Source: Candidatus Eiseniibacteriota bacterium
GTDB lineage: Bacteria > Eisenbacteria > RBG-16-71-46
NCBI GenBank assembly: GCA_963776245.1
Contig: CAVZLN010000008.1
Coordinates: 128,001 to 192,000, forward strand
DNA: 64,000 nucleotides
Direction: 5' to 3'
Positions 41,791 to 51,052 of the stretch are shown one piece after another. The notes beneath the pieces are model-generated. The model saw nothing but the letters and a program-made list of their open reading frames with translations. It made no database searches and was not told the DNA's origin. Within the stretch, counting starts at the first letter, position 1. Each line of letters starts with the position of its first letter. Position numbers and translations under genes: made by a program.

Positions 41791-43025
41791 GGGCGGCGCC
41801 GCGGAGAGGGGCCCCGCTGGACGTTCCCCACAAGTGGCGTGCGTTGATGCTCCTGTCGCTGGTCCAGTTGCTCGGGATGTCGGTCTGGTTCTCCGCTTCC
41901 GCGGTGGTGCCCGCGCTGGCCGTGCTGTGGGGATTGGATGAGTCCGGGCGGGCCTGGATCACGATCTCGGTCCAGGTCGGCTTCGTCGCGGGAGCGATCC
42001 TGTCCGCGCTCCTCAACGCCGCCGACCGGCTGCCTGCGCCGCGGCTGATGGCCGGCTGCTGTGCGCTGGCCGGAGTGTGTACCGCCCTGATCCCGGCGCT
42101 GCACGTCGGCCTGACGGCCACGCTGGTGCTGCGCATCCTGAGCGGGCTCTTCCTGGCGGGGGTCTACCCGGTGGGGATGAAGATCGTCGCCAGCTGGACC
42201 CGCGAGGACCGCGGGATGGGCATCGGTCTGCTCGTGGGCGCCATCGTGCTGGGCTCCTCGACGCCCCACCTGCTCCGCGCGTGGGTGCCGACAGGCGACT
42301 GGCGCGCGGTGCTCTACGCCTCCGCGATGCTCGCCCTCGCGGGGGCGTTCCTGGCGCTGCTGCTGGTGCGCGAGGGGCCCTATCGGACGCCCTCCGCGCC
42401 GTTCGACTGGCGATACATCCTGCGGATCGCCGTCCAGCGCGACGTGCTGCTCGCCAACCTCGGCTACCTCGGCCACATGTGGGAGCTGTACGCGATGTGG
42501 TCGTGGGTGCCGCTGTTCCTGTCGGCGCACTTCCTCCACGCGGGCCGCTCCAGCTCGAGTGCGGCGTTCGCGGCCTTCGCGGTGATCGCGGCCGGCGCTC
42601 CGGCGAGTCTGCTGGCAGGGAAGTTCGCCGATCGCTGGGGGCGGACGACGCTCACCCTCGCCTCCCTGATCGCCAGCGGGAGCTGCGCGCTGGTCGCGGG
42701 ATTCCTCTTCCACGGCAGCACCGCGCTGGTCGTGGGCCTGTGCCTGGTCTGGGGGTTCGCGGTGGTCGCGGACTCGGCGCAGTTCTCGGCCTGCGTGACC
42801 GAACTCTGCGAGCCTCGGTACACGGGCACCGCGCTGACGTTCCAGACCAGCCTGGGCTTCCTGCTCACCGCGTTCACCATCTGGCTGGTGCCGGAACTGC
42901 ATCGCCGCTGGGGCTGGCCGGCGGCATTCGCGTCGCTGGCGGCGGGACCGGCCGTCGGGGCGTGGGCGATGGCGCGCTTGCGCGCGTCCCCCGCGGCGGT
43001 CCGGCTGGCCGGCGGGCGCCGCTAG
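41787..43025 (+). CDS. MFS transporter
   Basis: MSVWFSASAV, GVYPVGMK, GYLGHMWELYAMW, VVADSAQFSA. Confidence 0.9.
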   Translation: MRAAPRRGAPLDVPHKWRALMLLSLVQLLGMSVWFSASAVVPALAVLWGLDESGRAWITISVQVGFVAGAILSALLNAADRLPAPRLMAGCCALAGVCTALIPALHVGLTATLVLRILSGLFLAGVYPVGMKIVASWTREDRGMGIGLLVGAIVLGSSTPHLLRAWVPTGDWRAVLYASAMLALAGAFLALLLVREGPYRTPSAPFDWRYILRIAVQRDVLLANLGYLGHMWELYAMWSWVPLFLSAHFLHAGRSSSSAAFAAFAVIAAGAPASLLAGKFADRWGRTTLTLASLIASGSCALVAGFLFHGSTALVVGLCLVWGFAVVADSAQFSACVTELCEPRYTGTALTFQTSLGFLLTAFTIWLVPELHRRWGWPAAFASLAAGPAVGAWAMARLRASPAAVRLAGGRR

Positions 43026-43029
43026 CGCT

Positions 43030-45225
43030 CTATCGCGCGAACACCATGCGCCGTGTCTCGCTCACCGGGCCCGCGTCGAGACGGCAGAAGTAGAGCCCGG
43101 TCCGGAGCAGCGCGCCGCGATCGTCGCGCCCGTCCCAGTCCACGTGGTGGCTGCCGGGCTCCAGCACCCCTCCCGCGGCCAGCGTCCGGACCACGCGACC
43201 GCTCACGTCGTACACGCGGAGCGCGACCTGCTCGCGCCGCGCGAGCTCGAATCCGATCGAGGTGCGGGCGCCGAACGGATTGGGCTGGTTCTGGCGCAGC
43301 CGGATCGAGTGCCCCGGGGCCCCCTCGTCCACGCTCGCGAAGCTGAGCGAGTCGTAGATCAACGAGAGGAACTCGGGATGGTCCACGAACGGGTTCCGGT
43401 TGTTCTGCAGGGCGTAGACCGCGCCGTTGCGCATGCGCTCCTTCCAGCTCACCGGGTCGCTGAGGGCCCACTGCAGGTACTGGGCCGATGCCCACGGCAA
43501 CAGTTCCGCGCCGCTCGCCGACGCGCTGCCGGGCCAGCCGGAGTCCTCGAAGAGATAGCGGGTCGAGACATAGAACGTGCTGCGGGCGAAGTCGCCCTTG
43601 AACGCGTCGATGGGCTCGAACACCGTGCCGCTGTAGCCGGCGCTCGCGCTCGAACCGAGTCGGCTGCCGTTGAGCGACGTGAACGTCGCGCTCCCGACGT
43701 TCCCGTAAGGGTAGTTGGAGCGGAAGCCGTTCACCCGGGAATCCGTCGGATAGAGGATCCACAGGTCCGAGTACATCGGCGACCCACCGCCGAACCAGGA
43801 CTGCGGCCATGAGTGCTCGCGGTTGTACCCGAGCCCTTCCGTGGCGCCCTGTCCGGTCTGACCGACGCTGTACTCGTAGGGCGGCGTCCCCCCCGGCACA
43901 TCCGAGTACATGTCCCAGATCTTGCCGTTCGGCTTGATGTCGGTGGTCGCGAACGCCGTGAGAGCGTAGGCGTAGCTCTTGACCGTGTGGTTCTTGATGA
44001 GATCGTGGAGCGCGATCCGCAGCGCCGAGCCCCGCAGCCCCATCGCGCTGCTGTAGTAGCCGGCCGGGATGCTCACGTCGACGTAATTGAACGCGCACGT
44101 GGCGCCGTATGCGACGTTCGCGGCGAGGTCGGACACGCCGTTCACCGTCAGCGTCCGCGTCCCCGCCGGGATGCCCCGCACCGTCACCCACACGTGAGCG
44201 GTCTGGAGCGGGTCGCGCACCGCATCCACGCCGCTCAGGGCCCCGACGGTGTAGTGGGTCGGGATCTCCGCGCTGATCTCGTCCACCGGTTCGCTGAACT
44301 GCACCAGCAGGGTCGAGTCGCTCATCTCGCCCACGGCGAGGACGGTGGGCGCCCCGGTCCCGCCGCCCGCGAGGGTGTAGCTCTGGACCGGCGAGAGGCT
44401 CGTCGCCGACGCCCCGATCGCCTGCACCTGGTAGTAGACAGAGGCCCCCGCGGACTGGGCCGGGATGGGCGTGCTCGTCCGGTAGGTGGAATCCGAGAGC
44501 CACGCCATGGCGATGGCGTTGGGCAGCGATGAACCGCTGGTCCCCCACTGCAGCGTGACCGACGCGATCGCGCCGCTGGTGTCCACGACGCTCGCCTGCA
44601 AGTCCACCCCGGTTCCCGTCACCGGGGTCGCGGGATCGGTCACGAGGTTCGCGATCCGCGGCCCTGCGGCCGTCACCTGCGACCCGTTGTGCGAGCCGGG
44701 GCTCGCGCTGGTGGCGAGCACCACCGGAGTGGAGGTCCATTCGGACGGCGTGTACACGGTGTTCGGGCTGGTGATGTCCGGATGGCGGACGAGGTCGGCG
44801 TTCTCGAAGTACGCCGTGGTGGCGAACGCCCGGTCGACCACCACGCCGGCGTTCACGAGCCGGGCGCCATCGCCGGCGTTCCCGCCGTTCCAGTTGGCGT
44901 AGCCCGTGGACCATGACGGGCTCGGGAAGTGCACGGTGAACCCGGTCGTCGTGGTCGTGTTCCCGCACACCTTGGCCTGCCCGGGCGCGAGCGTGCCGGA
45001 CAGCGTCCAGGTCGTGACGTCCACGTTGTTCGCCGTGGCGACCACCGACCAGTTGGTGAGATCCACGGTGCCGGGGCCCGTGTTGTAGATCTCGATGAAG
45101 CGGTCGGTCTGGTAGTTGCTCTGAGGGTCACACAGCTCGGAGAGGATGACGCTCGACCGGGCCGGACCAACGCCAACGGACACCGCGAACAGCGCGGCCA
45201 CGAACAGCGCGGGGAGATTTCGCAA
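43030..45225 (-). CDS. Secreted endonuclease I-family nuclease with lamin-tail domain and C-terminal FlgD-Ig domain
   Basis: ILSE..FIEIYN (LTD); WDMYS, NREHSWPQSW, FKGDFAR, QNNRNPFVDHPE; NQPNPF...WDGRD. Confidence 0.9.
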   Translation of the reverse strand: MRNLPALFVAALFAVSVGVGPARSSVILSELCDPQSNYQTDRFIEIYNTGPGTVDLTNWSVVATANNVDVTTWTLSGTLAPGQAKVCGNTTTTTGFTVHFPSPSWSTGYANWNGGNAGDGARLVNAGVVVDRAFATTAYFENADLVRHPDITSPNTVYTPSEWTSTPVVLATSASPGSHNGSQVTAAGPRIANLVTDPATPVTGTGVDLQASVVDTSGAIASVTLQWGTSGSSLPNAIAMAWLSDSTYRTSTPIPAQSAGASVYYQVQAIGASATSLSPVQSYTLAGGGTGAPTVLAVGEMSDSTLLVQFSEPVDEISAEIPTHYTVGALSGVDAVRDPLQTAHVWVTVRGIPAGTRTLTVNGVSDLAANVAYGATCAFNYVDVSIPAGYYSSAMGLRGSALRIALHDLIKNHTVKSYAYALTAFATTDIKPNGKIWDMYSDVPGGTPPYEYSVGQTGQGATEGLGYNREHSWPQSWFGGGSPMYSDLWILYPTDSRVNGFRSNYPYGNVGSATFTSLNGSRLGSSASAGYSGTVFEPIDAFKGDFARSTFYVSTRYLFEDSGWPGSASASGAELLPWASAQYLQWALSDPVSWKERMRNGAVYALQNNRNPFVDHPEFLSLIYDSLSFASVDEGAPGHSIRLRQNQPNPFGARTSIGFELARREQVALRVYDVSGRVVRTLAAGGVLEPGSHHVDWDGRDDRGALLRTGLYFCRLDAGPVSETRRMVFAR

Positions 45226-45416
45226 GGATGGGGGCGCGCCCTTCTGGATCGGCCCATGCGGGCCTGCTGGTGGGACCTCGCCGACGTCGCCGGGGGTGCG
45301 GCGGTCAGGAGGGCCACGCTCCTGCCAGTCTACGCATGGAATGGATGCCGATAATCATACGCTGGCGGAGGGCCGGATGAGAAGCGCGCCGAGCCGCCCC
45401 TCCCGGCAACGAACTC

Positions 45417-45445
45417 TTGACGCTCCCGGGGCCCGCCACTACCTT
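45417..45445 (+). promoter_or_regulatory. Sigma-70 promoter, probably giving a leaderless transcript
   Basis: TTGACG-17 nt-TACCTT, then 7 nt to GTG 45453 with no SD. Confidence 0.6.
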
Positions 45446-45452
45446 GCGCGCG

Positions 45453-46976
45453 GTGAATCGCTCGCTCGTTCCCTTCCTGCTGGGTGCCTGCGCTCTCGGC
45501 ACCACCTTCGCGTCGGTCCGGCTGGTCGCGCCGTTCTACGGGTCCGGCCCGCTGCTGCTCTCGGCGTCGCTCGCGGTCGCATTCGCCGCCACGGCCCTCG
45601 GGCTCGCGCTCTCGGCGCTGGGCGAAGGCCCCGGGCGCGGCCGGGGTGCTGCGGCCCTGCTGGTGGCGGCGGCGGCGACCCTCCTCGTGCCGTGGGTGCG
45701 TGTCCCCGTGCTCGTCACGCTCGAGCCGCTCGGCCTGCGCGCCGCCGCGGTGCTCGCGCTGGCGCTCTTCGCCGGCGTGCCGCTCGCCGCGCTCGCGTTC
45801 GCGCTCGGCCGCGCGCTGCGTCCGCCCTCCGACGAGGCGCCGGGGCGGGCAGGCGCCGCGCTGCCGTTCGCCGCAGCGGCGCTCGGGGCGGCGTGCGCCG
45901 CTCCGCTCGTGGTGTGGGTGCTGGTGCCGCTGCACGGGGTCGCGCGCACGCTGCTGGCGATCGGCCTGGTCGAGGCGCTCGCGGCCTGGCTCGCGGGCTC
46001 AGGGGCCGGCCGCCGCTGGCTCGCGCTGACGGGTGTGCCGCTCGTGGTGATCGTGGCGCTGTCCGCCGCGCGCTGGCCGGCGGTCGAGCGCGACCTGCCC
46101 CGCGGCCTGGTGATGGCACGCGAGGGCTCCGCGGTCCAGTACCGCGTGGTGGAGCGGACCGACGGGCGGTTCCTGCTCGCGGATGGCGGCATCCAGACCA
46201 TGGTCTCGAGCGAGACGCGCGAGGCGCTGGTCCGACCGCTCGCGGCGCTGCGGGTGATCGACCTGTTCTTCCCCCAGCCCGAGTCGCTGCTGGTGCTCGG
46301 ACTGCATGGCGGCGGCATCCCCCTGCGGTTCGCGCGCGCGAGCTGGCGGGTGAGTGTCGTGGAGCCCGATCCGCTCGCCGTGCGCATGGCCGAGGAGAAC
46401 CTCTCCTTCCACGCCGCCGAGGTGCGGCTCACCGTGGACGACGTGCGCCGGTTCTGCCGGCGCACGAGCCGCCGCTACCCGGTCGTGATCGACGACGCGT
46501 TCGACGTCGGCGTGGCCCCCGCGCACCTCGTGACGCGCGAGGCGCTCGCGGAGATCGGGGCGCGCGTGGCCCCAGACGGCATCCTCGCGCTGGTGATCGT
46601 GACCCAGGGCTGGAACGACCCGCTGCTCGCCTCGCTCGCCCGGATGCTGGGGGAGCGTTTCCGCACCGTGCTCGCGCTGCCCACCAGCGAGCCGCCCGAC
46701 GCGATCGGCAGCATCGTGGTGCTGGCCTCCGATCGTGACCTCGCGCTCCCGGACGAGCGACTCCCCCAGCCCACCGATTACCTCATGAATCTCGACGAGC
46801 ACTGGCTGGTGGTGCAGATGACCCACGCGTGGTTCAACCGCTTCGTGCCCCCGGTGCGCGGCGCGGTGGTGCTGACCGACGACCGCGATCCCATCGACCT
46901 GTGGAGCGACCGGGTGCTGGCCGCTTCGCGCGTCGAGCTTCATCGTTCGTTCGCCGGCATGCCGCGGAGCTGGTAG
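45453..46976 (+). CDS. Fused MFS-like / spermidine-synthase-like methyltransferase
   Basis: N-terminal TMs (RLVAPFYGS), LVLGLHGG, VVEPDP, YPVVIDDAF, HLVTRE, LTDDRDPID. Confidence 0.8.
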   Translation: MNRSLVPFLLGACALGTTFASVRLVAPFYGSGPLLLSASLAVAFAATALGLALSALGEGPGRGRGAAALLVAAAATLLVPWVRVPVLVTLEPLGLRAAAVLALALFAGVPLAALAFALGRALRPPSDEAPGRAGAALPFAAAALGAACAAPLVVWVLVPLHGVARTLLAIGLVEALAAWLAGSGAGRRWLALTGVPLVVIVALSAARWPAVERDLPRGLVMAREGSAVQYRVVERTDGRFLLADGGIQTMVSSETREALVRPLAALRVIDLFFPQPESLLVLGLHGGGIPLRFARASWRVSVVEPDPLAVRMAEENLSFHAAEVRLTVDDVRRFCRRTSRRYPVVIDDAFDVGVAPAHLVTREALAEIGARVAPDGILALVIVTQGWNDPLLASLARMLGERFRTVLALPTSEPPDAIGSIVVLASDRDLALPDERLPQPTDYLMNLDEHWLVVQMTHAWFNRFVPPVRGAVVLTDDRDPIDLWSDRVLAASRVELHRSFAGMPRSW

Positions 46977-47011
46977 ACACGCCCCGGCCGGGGGCGGGAC
47001 GGCCTCCGGGG

Positions 47012-47341
47012 CTACATCGGGCGGATGACGCCCGACACCTCGATCTCCACCGGCCACCCCTCGAGCACCCGCGGCAGGCGCTTCTCCAGTTCGCGCGTGC
47101 GCTTCACGACGAGGATGCGGATGCAGGGCGTGCGGCGCGCGGTCTCGCCCTCGTACACGCCCACCACGCCGGGGATCGCCATCAGTTCGGGAGCGTGGCG
47201 GGCGATGGCGTCGGCGATCGGAGTCACGGACTCGGTTCCCTGCGGTCGCTCGCGCGGGTCGCTCCGCTGGCATCCGCCCGCGGCGAGCGTCGCGAGCGCG
47301 GTGATCGCCACGGCCGCCAGATGCGCACGACGAGGCCACAT
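47012..47341 (-). CDS. Small lipoprotein homologous to the propeptide of the upstream protease
   Basis: AGGC lipobox; RHAPELMAIPGVVGV...LPRVLEGWPVEIEVSGVIRPM*. Confidence 0.8.
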   Translation of the reverse strand: MWPRRAHLAAVAITALATLAAGGCQRSDPRERPQGTESVTPIADAIARHAPELMAIPGVVGVYEGETARRTPCIRILVVKRTRELEKRLPRVLEGWPVEIEVSGVIRPM

Positions 47342-47406
47342 GGGGCGCGCTCCGCACGGCGCGGGCGCCGGCCGCACGGCCGGCGCCCCGCCGCTCCTCA
47401 TGGATG

Positions 47407-48528
47407 CTAGTTGCCGACCATCGTGGCGCCGAGGAAGGTCAGCACCTGGCTGATCGGGTTGGCCACCGCGATCGACGAGCTGCCGGCGAACAGCAGCCCG
47501 ACCGCGCGCGGGTTGGTGGTGACGTCCTCGACCATCAGCGACCCGGAGTCCCCGCCGGCCAGGAAGCGCGACCCGGTGTTCTTGACCAGGATCTGGCCGG
47601 TGAACGTCTTGGTGAACGCGCTGCCGCCGGCGCACTCGTTCTCGTACGCCACGCTGATCGTGGCGTTCAGTCCGCTGACCGTGCTCCGTGTGAGCCCGGT
47701 GGTGCGACCGCTCTTCTTGACCTTCTGGTTCGACCGACGCGCCCACGGTGGCCGCCCGGATGGTGCCGATGTCGAGGATGGAGCCGTCGGTGCGCACCAT
47801 GCCCGAGGTCACCTGGGCGATGGCGCAGTCGACGTTCGAGCCGGGCAGGCTCTTGATGCCCGACAGCGTCGCGACGTTCTGCGCCGATGGCGGCGTTGCA
47901 GGCCACGTCGATGAGGCCGGGCTGCACGACCGGGTCGCCCGCCTTGGCGACGCGCGCGTTGCCGCCGGTGACGATGTCGGCCTCGAGCACGTGGTAGTTG
48001 CTGAGCACGTACTGCGTCGCTGCCCTTCTTCACCAGCGAGCCGAGCGTGCCGCCGCAGCAGTAGCCGTTGGCGAGGTCGTAGCGCCAGCCGCCCGAGGTG
48101 CCGAGCGCGATCGGCGGCGCCTGCTTCACCTTGTGGTCGGCCATCGCGACGATCTTGCCGGTGACCTCCTCGACCACGGGAAGCCCTTCGAGCGTCGCGG
48201 GCAGGGCCCCGGGGCCGAGCGGGCGTTCGGTGAGCACCAGCACCGCGAGGTTGCCGTCGGCGTCGAAGCCGGTCGCCGTGCCCACCACGTCGTGCATGCC
48301 CATGAGCGCCGGTGTGTGGCGTCCCTGGATCTCCGCGGCGCGAAGCACCTTGGGATTCGAGAGACTGAACTCACCGTTGAAGCTTCCCGGCTCGGTGACA
48401 CCGGCGAGGTCCACGGGCGCCAGCGGACTCTTCTTGCTGCACCCGGACAACATCGCCATGGACACGCCGAGGGTGAGGAGCGCGGCGGCCAGAAGTGCGA
48501 GCCGCCAGGAGGGGAAGGGGACCTTCAT
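47407..48528 (-). CDS. Lipoprotein trypsin-like (S1/Nal1-like) serine protease (frameshifts near 48020, 47890, 47730)
   Basis: GGAGG RBS, LSGC lipobox, GTLG, LSNYHV (His), NVDCAI (Asp), KSGRTTG, GGDSGS (Ser), VGLLFAG. Confidence 0.85.
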
Positions 48529-48975
48529 GCAATCCTCCACGAGTGAAGAGGAACGCTTCCGCCCCGCTCCCGGAACGGCGGGGCCGAAGCGGAAAGCTGC
48601 CACAATTCAACGAATCGTCAAGGATTCTTTCCGGAAGCCACAGGCCTCGAAGGAAGCCATGCCATCCGCCATCGGGCCGCCGCTCCAGAGCTGGGATCGA
48701 GGGACGGCGCGGCAGGCCGCCGCGCCGCGCCCGCCCGCGATCCGCTGCCCGCGGGTCCCGGCCCCGCATCGCTGGAGGGGCCGGCCTCGACATCATCGTC
48801 GACCTCATGTGAGACTCGCGCCGAGGCATCGGGGGATGGCCTGCGTGCGCCGCACCCGATGGCCGGCAAGTCCATTGCGAAGACAGGCTCGATCGGAAGA
48901 CCGGCGCGGGATTCCTCGAGCACCCGCGTCGCCCCGTTCCGGCGCGCACCCCCCGAACGCAATCGAGGTCGCCGA

Positions 48976-49758
48976 GTGGTCGATTGGTCGAGCATCGAGG
49001 AGTCCGAGCTTTACCGTCAGGTCGGGTCGGAAGCGAGTCGCGAGCGCGTCCTCGAAGTCATGGGACGACTCACCCAGGATCCGAACTGGACCCCGGTGAT
49101 CACGGATCTGGTCCGGCAGGGGAAGATCGAGACCCGCTGCTTCATGGCGTGGTTGTCGAAGACGCTGCAACCTCGTCATTACCTCGAGATCGGGGTCCGG
49201 CGCGGGTTCTCGATGTCGATGGTGGCATCGCAGACACCCGGCGTCAGCGTGTACGGATTCGACCTGTGGGTCCCGCGCTACGCGGGAAGCGAGAACCCGG
49301 GTCCCGGTTTCGTCGCGGGCGAGCTGGCCCGGGTGGGGTATCGGGGGAAGGCCTCGTTCGTATCCGGGAACAGCCACCAGACGGTGCCCGCCTTCTTCGG
49401 CGAGCGTCGTTCGAGCTGGCTCCAGCGCTGGCGCGTCGGGCGTCTGGCGGGACGGGCGCCGGCGACCTTCGACCTGATGCTGGTCGACGGCGATCACTCG
49501 CTGCTCGGGGCCTACGACGACCTGATGGCGACGCTGCCGCGCATCGGGGTCGGCGGCGTGATGGTGTTCGACGACATCGCCCCCAGCCCCGATCACGTGG
49601 ACGCGGAGGCGGCGCGGCGGGAAGCCGGCGCGGACCCCCATGGCTGGGGCGACCTCCGCGGCGTGTGGCGGGCCGCGCTCGCCCGGTTCCCCTCGTTCCG
49701 CTCGTTCGAGTACACGTCGAACACGCCGGGGGTCGCGCTCGCCGTCAGGCTCGCCTAG
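48976..49758 (+). CDS. Class I SAM-dependent methyltransferase (Methyltransf_24-like)
   Basis: YLEIGVRRGFS, FDLMLVDGDHS, GGVMVFDD. Confidence 0.85.
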   Translation: MVDWSSIEESELYRQVGSEASRERVLEVMGRLTQDPNWTPVITDLVRQGKIETRCFMAWLSKTLQPRHYLEIGVRRGFSMSMVASQTPGVSVYGFDLWVPRYAGSENPGPGFVAGELARVGYRGKASFVSGNSHQTVPAFFGERRSSWLQRWRVGRLAGRAPATFDLMLVDGDHSLLGAYDDLMATLPRIGVGGVMVFDDIAPSPDHVDAEAARREAGADPHGWGDLRGVWRAALARFPSFRSFEYTSNTPGVALAVRLA

Positions 49759-49762
49759 ACCG

Positions 49763-50857
49763 CTATCGAGCGAGCGTCACCAGCTTGCGCACCAGCGTGC
49801 CCGAGGGGGTCGCGAGCCGGACGAAGTACATCCCCGGCTCGGCTCCCGACTGGCGCGCCGACCAGCGGAGTTCGTACCGCCCCGCGGGGCGCGCGTCGTC
49901 GGCCAGCAGCGCGACGCGGCGTCCGGTCACATCCAGCACCTCGACCCGTGTCGCGCCTGAAGCGGGCAGGGTGAACCCGACGAAGGTCTCCCCCGGCGCC
50001 GGATTGGGCGCGATCGCCAGGTACAACCCCGACGTGCCTCCCGCCCAATCCACACCGGCCACCGCCGCGCGCGACAGGCTCAGGCCGAGGCTGTCCGCGA
50101 ATCCCCACGAGTAGAGTCCGGACGATCCGGTGAAGGTCAGGGTCACGGCCGCCCTGCGCGCTCCGGTCGGCAGTGCCCCCGACGCCGAACGCAGGAGCAG
50201 TCCGGTCACATTGGCGCGGTCGGACGCCGTCACCGGGCCGATGGTCGCGGTGCCGAGCAGGGCATCCGACGCGTCGAGGAACCGCGCCTGGACCGTCGCG
50301 CGGTCGGTCGCGCTGCCGATCCCGCCGAGATAGGCCGCGAGGTCGAACCGCACCGACCCCGAGTCGATCGTGGCTGCGAGCGCGGAGAGATCGACGGTCT
50401 GGCGGAGCGAATCCACGAGCGCCAGAGGCCCGCCCGTGAAGAACGCCGCGCCGCGCGACACCGGGCCGGCCTGGCTGGTCGCCGGCCAGAGACCCGCGCT
50501 CGTCGCGTAGCGCACCACATTGACATTGCCCACGCGCGTCCAGTTCGGGATCGCGACGACATCGAACCCGGTCACCGAGATGGAGCCACCCTCGGCGCCC
50601 GGGTTGGAGATGAGGTTCTCCCCCAGCACTGCGACCGCCGCGACCTGCGCTTCGGCCGGGCCGGCGGACCCAGCCGCGTCGAGCGGTCGTGCGAATTGCG
50701 AGGCGGACTCTGCGGACCGCGCGGTCCCACCCATGGGGATCAGGGGGAGCAGCGGGAGCAGGAGCGTCACGGCGAACAGCACGACCGGACGAAGGGCGGT
50801 CTCGGCGACCGCTGGGCTGCTTCGTCTTGGACCGGTCGACCTGGGAGGACCGTTCAT
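49763..50857 (-). CDS. Secreted galactose-binding-like domain protein with C-terminal T9SS-type domain
   Basis: NLISNPGAE..FFTGG..QTVDL..AYLGG..ADSLGLSL; APNPA...GMYFVRL...LAR. Confidence 0.7.
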   Translation of the reverse strand: MNGPPRSTGPRRSSPAVAETALRPVVLFAVTLLLPLLPLIPMGGTARSAESASQFARPLDAAGSAGPAEAQVAAVAVLGENLISNPGAEGGSISVTGFDVVAIPNWTRVGNVNVVRYATSAGLWPATSQAGPVSRGAAFFTGGPLALVDSLRQTVDLSALAATIDSGSVRFDLAAYLGGIGSATDRATVQARFLDASDALLGTATIGPVTASDRANVTGLLLRSASGALPTGARRAAVTLTFTGSSGLYSWGFADSLGLSLSRAAVAGVDWAGGTSGLYLAIAPNPAPGETFVGFTLPASGATRVEVLDVTGRRVALLADDARPAGRYELRWSARQSGAEPGMYFVRLATPSGTLVRKLVTLAR

Positions 50858-51052
50858 GGTGCCGTGCCTCCGCGCCGCCTGAGAGTGGGACTTCGACCTA
50901 CCTATCACCTCGGTACCTGCAGGGGGCGTGCCAGCGGGACCTGGGGAGCCCGCTTCGAACCACGAGGCCCTGCTCACGCGGGCCGATGGGCTGCGGCTCA
51001 GCGCCGGGATCGACGGTGGGATCGCTCGCGCCGGCGTGTCACGCCCCGCGCG

